This document shows, in pieces, positions 12,597 through 24,699 of a stretch of 64,000 nt of DNA. Below the pieces are notes generated by a model, which saw nothing but the letters and a program-made list of their open reading frames with translations, had not been told where the DNA came from and searched no databases. A program made the translations under genes and the position numbers. How positions within the stretch are numbered: the stretch's first letter is position 1; each line of letters opens with the position of its first letter. Origin of the DNA: Octopus vulgaris (Eukaryota); contig OX597821.1 of NCBI GenBank assembly GCA_951406725.2, positions 54,994,001 to 55,058,000 on the forward strand. Direction: 5' to 3'.

Positions 12597-13160
12597 TTAA
12601 AAAAAATTATAGCATCTATAAATAAGAACAAAATCAATTATCAAACTTTCAAAACCTTTAACACTGATAGGAAATCAAGTATAAATAATATAAGTATATC
12701 CAAAACACCTAATTTATATAATTCAGCATCAAATAGTAACTCTAATTTGTCAGTAGCCTTCAATGATGGAAATCCACCCACAAATATATAGATAATAGCA
12801 ACAATAAATTGGGAAAAACATGTAGGTATAGAAAAATCAATTTATGCTTGCTTGAAGGATTATGCCCCCGTAAAAATGTAGTATATAAATGTACAGTAGT
12901 ATCAGTTAAGTATCAGGCGAGAACTTACTTGGGTAGTACTGCTGAATTAAGAAAAAAAGATATAGAATACATTTAAATTCATTTACTAACATTAGATATA
13001 AAAATCCTACCACTCTGGCCTCATATATACGTAATTTAAGGAATAAGATCATTAATTATAAAATTTCTTGGTCTATACTAGCAAACGCCCTCCCTTATAA
13101 TGCTATAAGTAACAAATGTAATTTATGTATTAGAGAATCATACATTATTCTCAAATCATA
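12597..13160 (+). pseudogene. PLE linker and GIY-YIG endonuclease relic
   Basis: Read across frameshifts: LKKIIASINKNKI-(N-rich)-KTCRYRKINLCLLEGLC..NVVYKCTVVSVKYQARTYLGST..RYRIHLNSFTNIRYKNPTTLASYIRNLRNKIINYKISWSILANALPYNAISNKCNLCIRESYIIL. Confidence 0.85.
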
Positions 13161-13483
13161 AAATTCGGACACATTGAATAAATTCTCTGAATCATTCATG
13201 TACTCATAAATTTCACTCATCTTTCAAGGAACTCTATAAGAATGAAGAATTTTGCAGCCTTGATTCTTCCTCTATAAGTAATAAATTATTTCCTGAATTT
13301 ATTGAAAAATCATTTTTTTTTTTAAATTCTCCCCTCATCCTACACTAGAAATTTCCTTTTGTATATAAGCGTGAATCATTGTAAAAGTGGTCAGTATCTG
13401 AAAGAGTAGCCAATGAATAACATAATGTAACCTAAAATTTTCTTTTCTCTTACATATCTTCAAACTTAATTATCTATTTACTT

Positions 13484-13567
13484 GTTCCTGATGAAGGTGA
13501 ATTGTCAGTGTGAAACTAAAGAATTCATACCTTGTTGACTAATGAACTCCAGAAATAGCTGTCGAAT
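13484..13567 (+). ncRNA. Type I hammerhead ribozyme, extended stem II
   Basis: GTTC-CTGATGA(13488-94)-AGG...TCCA-GAAAT-AGCT-GTC(13561-63)-GAAT; inverted partner of 12351-12435. Confidence 0.78.
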
Positions 13568-13926
13568 TGCTTCATATATGATGTTATAACCCTCTATAAA
13601 CATTTCTTCGGAACTCTTCTAAACTTTTAAATCCATCACTAGGATTTCTCACAACTACCAATGTATCTTACAACTTTTAATCCTCAATTCAACGTTTTTA
13701 AGCTTAAATCTAATATGATTTTTAATCGATATATCAACCTTAATTTAGTTATCCTTTACACGTATATTTTTACTTCATATAACTCTTATTTCTATTCTAA
13801 ATAATATATAGATATGTTCCTTGTCTTGATGTAAATTTATGTTATATATATTTATTATGTTGATGTAAATCATAGCTATAGAATGATAATCTAAATTTTT
13901 GTCTCTTCTTTAACCAAGTTGTATAA

Positions 13927-14506
13927 TCATCATCATCATCGTTTAGCGTCCGCTTTCAATGCTAGCATGGGTTGGATAGTTCAACTGGGGTCTGGGAGGC
14001 CAGAAGGCTGCACCAGGCCCAGTCTAATCTTGCAATGTTTCTACAGCTGGATGCCCTTCCTAACGCCAACCACTCCGTGAGTGTAGTGGGTGCTTTTACG
14101 TGCCACCGGCACAGGTGCCAGATGAGCTGGCAAACGGCCATGATCGGATGGTGCTTTTAGCATGCCACCGGCACGGGGGCATGGCGAGGCTGGCAACAGC
14201 CACGATCAGATGGTGCTTTTTACGTGCCACCGGCATGAGGCCAGTCGGGGTGGCGCTGGCAATGGCCACATTCAGATGGTTCTCTTACGTACCACCGGCA
14301 CTGGTATCACAGCTGCAATCTCTATTGATGTTGATCGATTTCGATTTTGATTTTCACTTACCTCAACAGGTCTTCACAAGTAGAGTTTTGTGTCCCAAGA
14401 AGGAAAGGTATGCATAAGTGGACCGGCTACATCCCAGGTAGAGGCCATGGGTTATGGTCTCACTTGTCCTGCTGGGTCTTCTCACACACAGCATACTTCC
14501 AAAGGT
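13927..14506 (-). mobile_element. SINE family C, long copy with four internal ~60-bp subrepeats
   Basis: (CAT)n-CGTTTAGCGTCCGCTTTC...GGATGCCCTTCCTAACGCC; GGTGCTTTTACGTGCCACCGGCAC-like units at ~14088, 14150, 14212, 14278. Confidence 0.85.
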
Positions 14507-14549
14507 CTCATATATATATACATATATACATACATATATATATACATAT

Positions 14550-14612
<63 letters not shown>

Positions 14613-14622
14613 CATACATGCA

Positions 14623-14657
<35 letters not shown>

Positions 14658-14835
14658 GTATACTGTAACATCATTGTTGTGATATCTATGTGCACATGCA
14701 TACACATGAATGCTGGAATGAATATTATAACCTATGTAGATGTTACCATGTGCTAAACTTAACACAACCTTTTATCACTTGTAGCTATAATTTCTTGATT
14801 AAGTACATGCTATGAGAATTGATAGGAAACCGATT

Positions 14836-15233
14836 GGAGTGGCTGTGTGGTAAGTAGCTTGCTTATGAACACATGGTTCTGGGTTCAGTCCCACTGCGTG
14901 GTACCTTCGGCAAGTGTCTTCTACTATAGCTTCATGTCGATCAAATCCTTGTGAGTGGATTTGGTAGACGGAAACTGAAAAGAAGCCCATCCTATATATG
15001 TATATATGTGTGTGTGTGTGTGTGTTTGTGTGTCTGTGTTTGTCCTCCAACATCGCTTGACAACCGATGGCAGTGTGTTTACATCCCTGTAACTTAGTGG
15101 TTTGGCAAAAGAGACCAATAGAATAAGTACTAGGCTTACAAAGTATAAGTCCTGGGGTCGATTTGCTTGACTAAAGATGGTGCTCCAGCATGGTCACAGT
15201 CAAATAACTGAAACAAGTAAAAGAGTCAAAGAG
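14836..15233 (+). mobile_element. SINE family A (tRNA-like head), full length
   Basis: GGAGTGGCTGTGTGGTAAG (box A)...GGTTCAGTCCC (box B), central (TA/TG)n, tail CAGTCAAAT.ACTGAAACAAGTAAAAGAG. Confidence 0.92.
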
Positions 15234-15289
15234 CACTCTTCAAACTTTAGGTTTCACAGAGACAGTGACAAGTGACCAAGACCTTTGGC

Positions 15290-15530
15290 TTGAGAAGACC
15301 TGTGAAGCCAAGTTAGATCGTAGTCGTGGCTGAAGCTGTCGGTTCATAACTGGCACATAAAAATCACCTACTATACTCATGGAATGACTGGCATTAGGAA
15401 GGGTATCCTGCAGTAGAAACCATGCCAAATCAGATTGGAACCTGGTGCAGCTTACCAGTTTACAGCCAAACCACCCAACCCATGCCAGCATGAGAAACGG
15501 ATGTTAAATGATGATGGTGATGATGATTAT
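15290..15530 (+). mobile_element. SINE family C, diverged
   Basis: GGCATTAGGAAGGGTATCC...CCAACCCATGCCAGCATG...TTAAATGATGATG. Confidence 0.8.
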
Positions 15531-16010
15531 AATACTAAATGACTATCTCTGTAGTGTCTCTAGGACTCTAACTAGTGTAGATGACACAGTCTGCAAAACT
15601 TTAAATTACTCTGGTTTGAATCAGTGATAATATTGGTGACCTCACAGGTGCTAGTACCATGAACAAGACATGCAGTACACTTTACAAAGAGTTTGGCATT
15701 AGCATGAACCAAGCCAAGACAGACATCGGAGCTTGGTGCAGTCTTCTAACTCACCACCTCTTGTCAATTGATCCAACCCATGCTTGCATGGAAAACAGCT
15801 GTTAAATGGTTTTGGTGATAATATGTTCACCTATAATTAAACATCTAAATATTAACTTAGTAACATGTTATTTCACATAAAGTCATCTGCTTTACACATT
15901 GTATATATTTCTCCATTTGTTTAACTTCTACATAGTCAAATATTGTCTCCTGTTTGATATTTATTTACTAAATCTTACATCATTTAAAATAAAACATTAC
16001 ACAATGAAAA

Positions 16011-16193
16011 TCATCATCATCGTTTAACGTCCGCTTTCCATGCTAGCATGGGTTGGACGGTTCAACTGGGGTCTGAGAAACCAGAAGGTTGCACCAGGCC
16101 CAGTCTGATCTGGCAGTGTTTCTACAGATAGATGTCCTTCCTAACGCCAACCACTCCATGAGTGTAGTGGGTGCTTTTTACGTGCCACCGGCA
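16011..16193 (-). mobile_element. SINE family C 3' part
   Basis: Near-identical to 13927-14110. Confidence 0.9.
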
Positions 16194-17301
16194 AAATAAT
16201 ATTTATTAAATAAATAGTAGGAAAGTTTCAGTAAATGGATAAATGAAAATAATATAACTGGTGCTTGTCAACATTATTCAAAGTTTTGCTATATCTTTGC
16301 ATCTGTACTTTTATCTATTAAAATAAATATTAAGAATTGACATTCCTAGCTAGGTGCATTAAAGGGTGATTCAAGAACCTTTCCAAATGACAGGAAGTTG
16401 TGGCTGATATTTTATATAAACAGCAATGGCATCATACGGAGTAAGGTCAGTTACTTTATTAATTTCTTCATTGTCTTTGGATGAAGGCAAAACTTATGGC
16501 TAGCAACAAAATATTCTCTTGACGTGATATATAATCTAGCTATCAAAGTAGCCATTTCCATCTAATGCAAAACTAATTGACTGAAAGCAGATCAAGAGAT
16601 ATATTTGCACATCTTGTCCATGCTAGATTTTTCTCAGAGAGAATTTATAATGATCAGAAGTATGATAAAGCATGGATTAGCCAAGGACAGACAGAGACAC
16701 AAGGAATATATTTCATTGTTACAGTCTCTTAGATGCCATTTCAAACATGTCATTTCTATTGTGTAGCCTCCTCCTACTAGAATGTTGTTCTTCTGCTATA
16801 CTGATTAATGTAAGCAGAGACATTTAAATAAACTACTCTGTGCAGTGGAGAAGGTGCAGCAGTAGGACAAGGTTATATGCTGGCATTTTGTCCAGTAACT
16901 AAAGTTTCTCCTTACTAAGTCATCACATTACAATACATACACCAGAAATTATATAACAAGACTGTTTCCTGACCAGTCCATGTTAAAGAAGGTTTTGTAC
17001 AAGGCATTCTAAATAGAGTGTGAGAATAGGTGAGTGTGGCTATGTGAATGGATAGGTGTGGTTGTGTGCGTGTGCATGTGTGTAGATGGAGTGGGAATGT
17101 GTATATGTGTGTGTGCACATGTGTATGAGTGCATACATGTTTCTCTCTCTCTGACACTCTGTCTCTGTGTATATATATATTTATGCACACACACACACAT
17201 GTATATACATACATATACACCTATATTTACATTAATACGGACACATACTCACCAACATATCTATCTTTCTATCTATCTATCTATCTATCTATCTATATAT
17301 A

Positions 17302-17562
17302 TCATCATCATCATCATCATCGTTTAACGCCCGTTCTCCATGCTAGCATGGGTTGGACGGTTTGACCGGGGATCTGGGAAGCCAGAAGGCTGCACCAGGC
17401 TCCAGTCTTATCTGGCAATGTTTCTACAGCTGGATGCCCTTCCTAACGCCAACCACTCCGTGAGTGTAGTGGGTGCTTTTTACGTGCCACCTGCACAGGT
17501 GCCAGGCGGGGCTGGCAACGGCCACTGTCAGATTGGTGTATTTTATGTGCCACCGGCACGGA
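17302..17562 (-). mobile_element. SINE family C
   Basis: (CAT)n-CGTTTAACGCCCGTTCTCCATGCTAGCATGGGTTGGACGG. Confidence 0.9.
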
Positions 17563-17615
<53 letters not shown>

Positions 17616-17634
17616 TATATATCCACACTCACGC

Positions 17635-17726
<92 letters not shown>

Positions 17727-17730
<4 letters not shown>

Positions 17731-18277
17731 AGTGGAATGGTAAAATGCAGGCTATATATGTTTCCTAGCTAACTGATCCTCTGATGTAATTATTACATAA
17801 TTACTCAGTGAGAATTACTCAGCTAGCTACACATCATGCTGAAGATGCCTTAATCATATGAAGATTACATTGCCCTTTGGGAATTCCAAGCGACAATTTA
17901 ACCTTTATTTAATTAGACTGTTTTAGGCCCGACGATTAGCTAAGTTGACTACCTCTCATTGAGTAAGTATTACATCAGAGGATCAGCTAGCTAAAAAGCA
18001 TATGTATCTGCTATTTAACCTGCTCCATTCCCCCAATTTGTGTTTTTATTGCATTTTTAGCAACTCTAGTTGCTAACTATGGGCTATACAGTAACTTTCA
18101 CCCTATGGAATTTCTTTCTAACTTCGATTTGGGAGAAAGAGTGTGACTTTCAACACCAATAAATTGTTTTTGTTCCTGACTATATACTGCCTACTTTGTT
18201 TTCTATATCTGCATGGACTGCTTGAAGCTTGCTAACCTCCTACAGCTTGATCCCCAGATCTTACCTTTGTACATTCA
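17727..18277 (+). mobile_element. (TA)n-flanked PLE-like fragment with inverted 5' arm and decayed HHRs
   Basis: 17728-17830 is the reverse complement of ~17930-18033; plus copy AGGC-CCGACGA-TTAGCT...AGCTAA-AAAGC-ATAT-GTA; minus copy AGCTAG-GAAAC-ATAT-ATA-GCCT; 3' part homologous to 34990-35220. Confidence 0.72.
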
Positions 18278-18349
18278 TATATATATATATATATATACAC
18301 ATATAATTCTCAATGCAAATATATATATATATATATATACTTTTCCAGT

Positions 18350-18385
<36 letters not shown>

Positions 18386-18447
18386 ACTGGAAAAAGTATA
18401 TATATACTAGCATTGAGAATCATTTCCTATTGCCAACTGGTGGTTGT

Positions 18448-18492
18448 CACGTGCTGATGATGAGTCAATACCCAGAAACTCGGGTCCGTGTG
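18448..18492 (+). ncRNA. Compact type I hammerhead ribozyme with intact core
   Basis: CACGTG-CTGATGA-TGAGT-CAAT-ACCCA-GAAAC-TCGG-GTC-CGTGTG; stem I 6 bp (2 G-U), stem II 4 of 5 paired, stem III AC/GT; lies in a (TA)n-bounded segment (~18380-18660). Confidence 0.8.
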
Positions 18493-19027
18493 CATCATAT
18501 CAGGCTGGAGATGGGCATGATGACTTCCCTTTGCAAATACTGATAGGGCACAAATAGTGTGTCAATAGCCAGCTGGAGGAGAGGTTTTTGTGGGGGCACA
18601 AGCTACAGTATCATCAAGCCTTAAGGGTTAGCCACATTTAGGTGGCAAATATACTTCACGATATATATATGAATATTTGTATTTTTGTTTATTATATAGA
18701 CAGTGCTGTGAAGTGCTCAGGTAGACAACCTGAGAGGATAGACATATATATTACATTCAAAAGGAGAATTCAGGTATGTTCAACAATTTAGAATAATGAT
18801 ATGACATATACTCAGCCATAAAACCAATGTATGCAAATTATTAAAATATATCTAAAATATTTGAAAAATATTAAAAATTTACTGATACATAAATATATAA
18901 AATTATAATAGACATATATGGGTAGAAAAACTCTATTGATGTATAAAAATATATTAACATCTTAAAAGGTATACACTGAAGACAATCATCCTACTTACAA
19001 CAGATTAAGACCACTGTTAAAAAGATA

Positions 19028-19424
19028 TTTACTCTTTTACTTGTTTCAGTCATTTGACTGGGGCCATGCTGGAGCACCACCTTTAGTCGAGCAAATCGAC
19101 CCCTGGACTTATTCTTTGTAAGTCTAGTACTTATTCTATCGGACTCTTTTGCTGAACTGCTTAGTTACATGGACATAAACAGACTGCCACTGGTTGTCAA
19201 GCGAAGTTGGGGGGACAAACACAAACACATAAACACACACACACACACATACATATATACATATATACGACGGGCTTCTTTCGGTTTCTGTCTACCTAAT
19301 CCACTCACAAGGCTTTGGTCGGCTCAAGGCTATAGTAGAAGACACTTGCCCAAGATGCCACGCAGTGGGACTGAACCTGGGACCATGTGGTTGGTAAGCA
19401 AGCTACTTACCACACAGCCACTCC
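19028..19424 (-). mobile_element. SINE family A, full length, nested in PLE
   Basis: Reverse complement of 14836-15233. Confidence 0.92.
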
Positions 19425-19960
19425 AAACAATATTACAAAGTAGAAGAGTAAATCCTCATGATAAGGTGAATAAAGAAATGTTTTAGCATACAGATGGAAA
19501 GTAAAGTTTCCAATGATTAGATGGTGGTACACCAATTTCAAGAATTAAGTGTTGATACTGCAGTGGCTGTTTCAAGGGTACAGTAATCGATGCAAATAAA
19601 GGATATTCCTATCCAAATTTTAGACACTGCCTCCTTCATCGGGGAGAATGTGTTGGTTAAGAATTCACATTTCATATATTGCCATAAAAAATAAATGGGT
19701 CTTTGGTTTTATAAAGAGCTATATGTTAATACATATAGCAGGAAGTGGAAATATTACAGCAAGAATTGTGGGAAGTAAATTTAGAAAATATGGTAGATTA
19801 TTAGCAAGTAATTATTAATGAAGAACAAGGTGAGAGGGATGCGAATATAAATGTTAATCTAATAATAGAGGTTAATGATCAATTTATCCAGATTGATCAA
19901 AATGCTCAAATGTTGAATGGTATCCATGGTAACAAGAGTACATAGCATCAGAAAACTTAT

Positions 19961-20285
19961 TCAATAATGTAGAGTTATATTGACTGAGAATGTATTTAGG
20001 TTCTGTAATACATGGTTTACATAACACGTAATTGTATTATATGGAGGGGCTTCTGCTATTATAGACCAAAATAATGAATATTGTATATTCTTTAGCTTTA
20101 GTTCATGTATATATGTGGCTAGCGTTGTTGCGAATTTATATTTTAAGTTAGTAAAAGAATTCAAATAAGCCCTACAATGATGCTTAAAATCAATATTACT
20201 TCCTATGTAAACCCTATGTGTGGCAGGTATCTCTAGGATCCAGCAAGTGGGCATGAGTCTGGGATGCGACAATTACATGTTTTTC
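19961..20285 (-). pseudogene. PLE GIY-YIG endonuclease relic
   Basis: KTCNCRIPDSCPLAG / (deletion) / HRVYIGSNIDFKHHCRAYLNSFTNLKYKFATTLATYIHELKLKNIQYSLFWSIIAEAPPYN; aligns by eye with 12810-13160. Confidence 0.82.
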
Positions 20286-20691
20286 TTCATGTTTCAGCAA
20301 CAATCTTCCATTTAACTGAGGTCAGAGCATCCTATTCTTGGTGGATAATTATATATTCCAGTATAATTCCAGAATGATTAACTATTCCAGTATTTATATT
20401 TTAAGCATGGTACTTACTCTATCGATTGCTTTTGTTGAACCACTTAGTCACAGAGACATAAACAAACCAAGTGGTGGTGAGGACAAACACAGGCACAGAG
20501 ACACATACACATGGGTACGTACATGACAAACGCCTTTCAGTTTCCAGCTTTGGTCAGCCCAGGGTTATGGTGAGGGTCAGGAACAGCAGCAAACTTTCTA
20601 CTACACAGTTACACACAGATACACATGTATACATACACACATACACTCATACAAACACACACACACGTTATATATATATATATATATATAG

Positions 20692-20730
<39 letters not shown>

Positions 20731-20781
20731 GTATATATATATATGTATATATATATGTATGTATATATATATGTGTATATA

Positions 20782-20843
<62 letters not shown>

Positions 20844-20959
20844 TCGATGTGTGTGTGTGTGAATGTGTTATCTTTTAATTGGAAAAATAAACAATATCAG
20901 GAAAGGCAAGCTTGGAGAATAGACTTAAATGGAAGAGAAAAATTGAATATAATATTTAT

Positions 20960-21320
20960 ATAAAGTTATAAATCATGAGAGAAGTTGTATGATAAAATAT
21001 ATATAACCATTGGAAATCTTTATATTGCAACAATTGTTACATCAAGAGACTATTATTTATCATGGATTTTTCTCTCACCCGTTGAGCTAGCTTAATATCT
21101 GTATTGATTTAAAACGCTATTTATATTAATGTGGACAAGTAAATAATTCACTCATTATAAAATATAATAAAATAAATTATCTATGCATGCATGTTTTAAG
21201 TTGTGAAACAATTGTTGTGATATAAGAATTTCAAATGGTTAAATAAATCTTATCGTAGTATATTTTTCTCATCATTCATAACTTTATACATTCCTTGTTG
21301 TTTTCTCTTCTATCATACTA
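20960..21320. mobile_element. Old inverted-duplicated PLE-like fragment
   Basis: AACCATTGGAAATCTTTATATTGCAACAATTGTTAC (21006) versus GAAACAATTGTTGTGATATAAGAATTTCAAATGGTT (21205); retains GAAAC-AATT-GT, a stem III half-motif. Confidence 0.5.
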
Positions 21321-21568
21321 TATATTCTATACATTTTGTAGAATGATACATTAAGGAGTTTTTTTTTATGAGTACTACTGGATTAGTTGAAGCTATATAG
21401 TGCGACTTAAATATGTGTGTGTATGTATATTTACACACACATGCAGAGATATATGTATAGGTATATATCTACATATGTATATATATATACACATACATAA
21501 ATGTACGTATTTATATATGTATATATATGCATGTATATATAGATTCTCTAAGTTAGTCTTGCAACACA

Positions 21569-21958
21569 GGTGTAGGAGTGGCTGTGTGGTAAGTAGCTTG
21601 CTTCAGAACCACATGGTTCCGGGTTCAGTCCCACTGCATGGCACTTTGGGCAAGTGTCTTCTACTATAGCGTCAGGCCGACTAAATTCTTGTGAGTGGAT
21701 TTAGTAGACAGAAACTGAAAGAAGCCCGTCGTATATATGTATATATATATGTATGTATGTGTGTCTGTGTTTGACAACTGATGCTGGTGTGTTTACGTCC
21801 CCGTAACTTAGCTGTTCAGCAAAAGAGACCGATAGAATAAGTAATAGGCTTACAAAGAATAAGTCCTGGGGTCGATTTGCTCGACTAGATGCAGTGCTCC
21901 AGCATGGCCACAGTCACATGACTGAAATAAGTAAAAGAGTAAAAGAGAAAAGAGAGAG
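21569..21958 (+). mobile_element. SINE family A, full length
   Basis: Head and tail as at 14836. Confidence 0.92.
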
Positions 21959-22607
21959 TATTCCATCATTTGTTGTTGCTTAGTGCTAGGTCAGTTCCAA
22001 TCTTGTGAACTGTGATGACCACCCATGTCTTTTTACAAACCAGGATCAACATTATTCAATGCATCCTTCTTTATTCAGTACTCTAGTGTGTGATTTAAGG
22101 GACATCTTGTTGCTATGTCTACCAGATCAATCAAAGTACTGTCTACTAAATGACATGTAAGTAACTATTTTGACTTCAATAAAAGTTGACAATATCTGTG
22201 TTTTCTCACTAAACTCAGACTAATATCTATTATAAATATTTGCCACAATAATTAGAATATATTTATTTTTGTCATTATTTCTGATTAACTTTAATGTTCA
22301 CTGCATTAATCATGGTTAAACTCCAGCTTAAATATTGTTTCTCATTCAGATGACATCTTTGAATAATTTATTCTCTTAATTTCACTTTATAATTTATGCC
22401 TACTTCCATTCATTACTTTACTTCACTGATTCTCTCATTATTACTTCAGTGAAGTACAGTGCACTCTATATTTCATGGAGGAACTTTAATAAAACCAAAA
22501 CATGCATATTTTGATTCAAATGATATTTCTGATTCAGCTAATATGATCTTTTCCTCACCATATAAATATTTCTAATTAATATTTAATTTAATATGTTAAT
22601 ATTCTTT

Positions 22608-23050
22608 TCTATTCTAGGCACAAGGCCCGAAATTTTGGAGGAGAGAGCCAGTTGATTAGATCAACCTCAGTCACAACTGGTACCTAATTTATCAACCCCA
22701 AAAGAATGAAAAGCAAAGTCGACCTTGGCAGAATTTGAACTCAGAACGTAAAGACATGAAATACCGCTTAGCACTTTGCCCAGCAGGATAATGTTTCTGC
22801 CTGCTCGCTGCCTTATAAAATATTTTAGCTAAGAGTGGCAAGTGGGCAAAATTGTTAGTACATGAGGAAAAATACTTCACAGCATTCCTTCTGGCATGAT
22901 GTTCTGAGTTCAGATTCTGCTGAGGTCGACATTGCTTTTCACCCTTTCAGGGTTGATAAAATAAGTATCAGTTGAGTACTATGGTCGATCTAATCAACTA
23001 CAACCCCACCCCACTGAAATTGCTGTCCTTCTGCCAAAATTTGAAACCAA
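22608..23050. mobile_element. Two SINE family B copies head-to-head (22608-22814 minus, 22835-23050 plus)
   Basis: GAATTTGAACTCAGAACG versus GTTCTGAGTTCAGATTC. Confidence 0.85.
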
Positions 23051-24699
23051 CATTAACTTAACTATTGTTTATTAGATGTAGTCTAAGAAATATGTGAAAT
23101 ATTATTGACCTGTTAACTGTCACATACTACCAGTTTCCACTTCCTGTATATTTGATTTGGTCAATCTTAACACTAGCATCAACAATGCATAAATATATTC
23201 TCTACATTTAGATTTTCTTTACAATATTTGATGGTGTGTTTTGCCTGCTGCTTTATTTCTATTGACTTTGTTGTTGTTGTTAGTATACTATATCCTTTTT
23301 TTTCCCACTCTTTAGTCAAAGAATGAAGGGCACTGCTCTTGTTTCTGCCCCTGACCACTTATATTTTCAGATCCCCCAAAACTGGTAGGAGAAAGTTATT
23401 GCTAAACCAGAGACTTAGAATGAATGCTTACTACAAAAGCATGACCTCTGCTAAAGGTAGCTAACGAACAGGTTAGAAGTGTTAAACCAAATGAGAGATT
23501 ACCTAAGAATCATTCATCTAGTTAGATTATATACCCAAAACTAAGAATGCAAAAAAGACACCAGAACAAATACTCTAAGGTATCCCATCCAATGTGCAAA
23601 CAACGTCACCTGTCCACAACTGTGGAATGGTAAAGTGTGCAATTTTGATAATTTCCAAAATGACAAGAAGCAAAGTCAGTGTCTGTGGGATTTGAACTCA
23701 GATTGCAGAGAGGTAAAACAAAAACTACAAGACAGTTTGTCTTGTGCCCTGAAATTTCAGTTAATTTGCCATTCATATACAGCTAAGTTACAGATTTGAA
23801 AGTAGACATTTTAGATTTCAATGTGGCCTATCATAACAATAAACAGTATGCTATATTCTACATTAGCTTACTTCTGTATATTTGTTTTTCTAACGTATTT
23901 TATATAGTTAACCAACCAATGAGCTAAGATTAGACATATGTAAAGATGTTTTTTCAGCTTGTTTTATCCATTTGCAACATAGCAGAAAGGTTGTTAAATA
24001 ATGTTAGGAATATTGAATAAAGTTATCTAAATAACTTTCAGTTGACTTAACTAACTCTAGTATAAGTTTAGTGATATTTCCTTGAAACATTTCATACACA
24101 TATGTTCAGATCTTTCATCAGCTTCAGTAATTACTCAAACTTCAATTTTGGTTTTTTTCTTCTTTCAGGTGAGGAGAAATATACATTAACAGCTGTCTGT
24201 GCTGAAACAATCCTATCTATTCAATACTACAAATGTAACCACTTTATGCTGTCATTGGTATGATAGCTTTACATGTGAATTGATATAATATCAATTGTTT
24301 CATAGATGCCTGTTATAGAGTGTAACAATTGTATATGTCAGTATTGTTCGACTAGAAATGCCAACGAATATGGTTTGCAATATATTAGCTAGATTACATA
24401 TCTCAGCAAAAAAATCCAACTATCAACTGGGAAAATCTGTTCAGCAGTGATTTTCAATCACTTTAAAATATTAATAGATATTTTTTGGAAAGGTGTGAAA
24501 CTGTAATTAAATTTGTCGAAACAAATTGTTTTTGATTTGTGAGTGTATGTTTACAAGGTATCCTTTTATTTATTAGTCAGAATATCCTTGACATTTTATC
24601 AGGATCTTTGAAACTAGTAAGAGGAAAGAAGAAAGTTATCCTGCACTTAATGACCAGACCCTAAATGCTTCATAAACCTAACAATGGTGTTAAACAAGT

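Larger units (their letters stand above)
11950..13926 (+). mobile_element. 5'-truncated Penelope-like retroelement with a ~640-bp inverted copy of its 3' end
   Basis: Left arm 11960-12597 is the reverse complement of 13325-13926; the central plus-strand body encodes a decayed linker and GIY-YIG; one HHR in each arm; microsatellite on the left, SINE C at the right end. Confidence 0.88.
18670..20340 (-). mobile_element. 5'-truncated Penelope-like element (GIY-YIG relic and 3' UTR with decayed HHR), interrupted by SINE A
   Basis: Terminus GAAGTGCTCAGGT (18710) shared with 11962; HHR relic CCGATGA...GAAAC-AGCC at 19642-19565; endonuclease relic at 19961-20285. Confidence 0.8.

Noticed and set aside
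12585-12791. Asn/Ser-rich 68-aa ORF as an independent gene
   Set aside because: It is the PLE linker region; its start codons come from the inverted arm junction
14088-14305. CRISPR-like repeat-spacer pattern (GGTGCTTTTACGTGCCACCGGCAC about every 60 bp)
   Set aside because: The spacers resemble each other, the array is internal to SINE C, the context is eukaryotic and there are no cas genes
24140-24265. Strong polypyrimidine tract and AG acceptor at 24168
   Set aside because: The following frame is short and unrecognisable; such tracts are common in this composition
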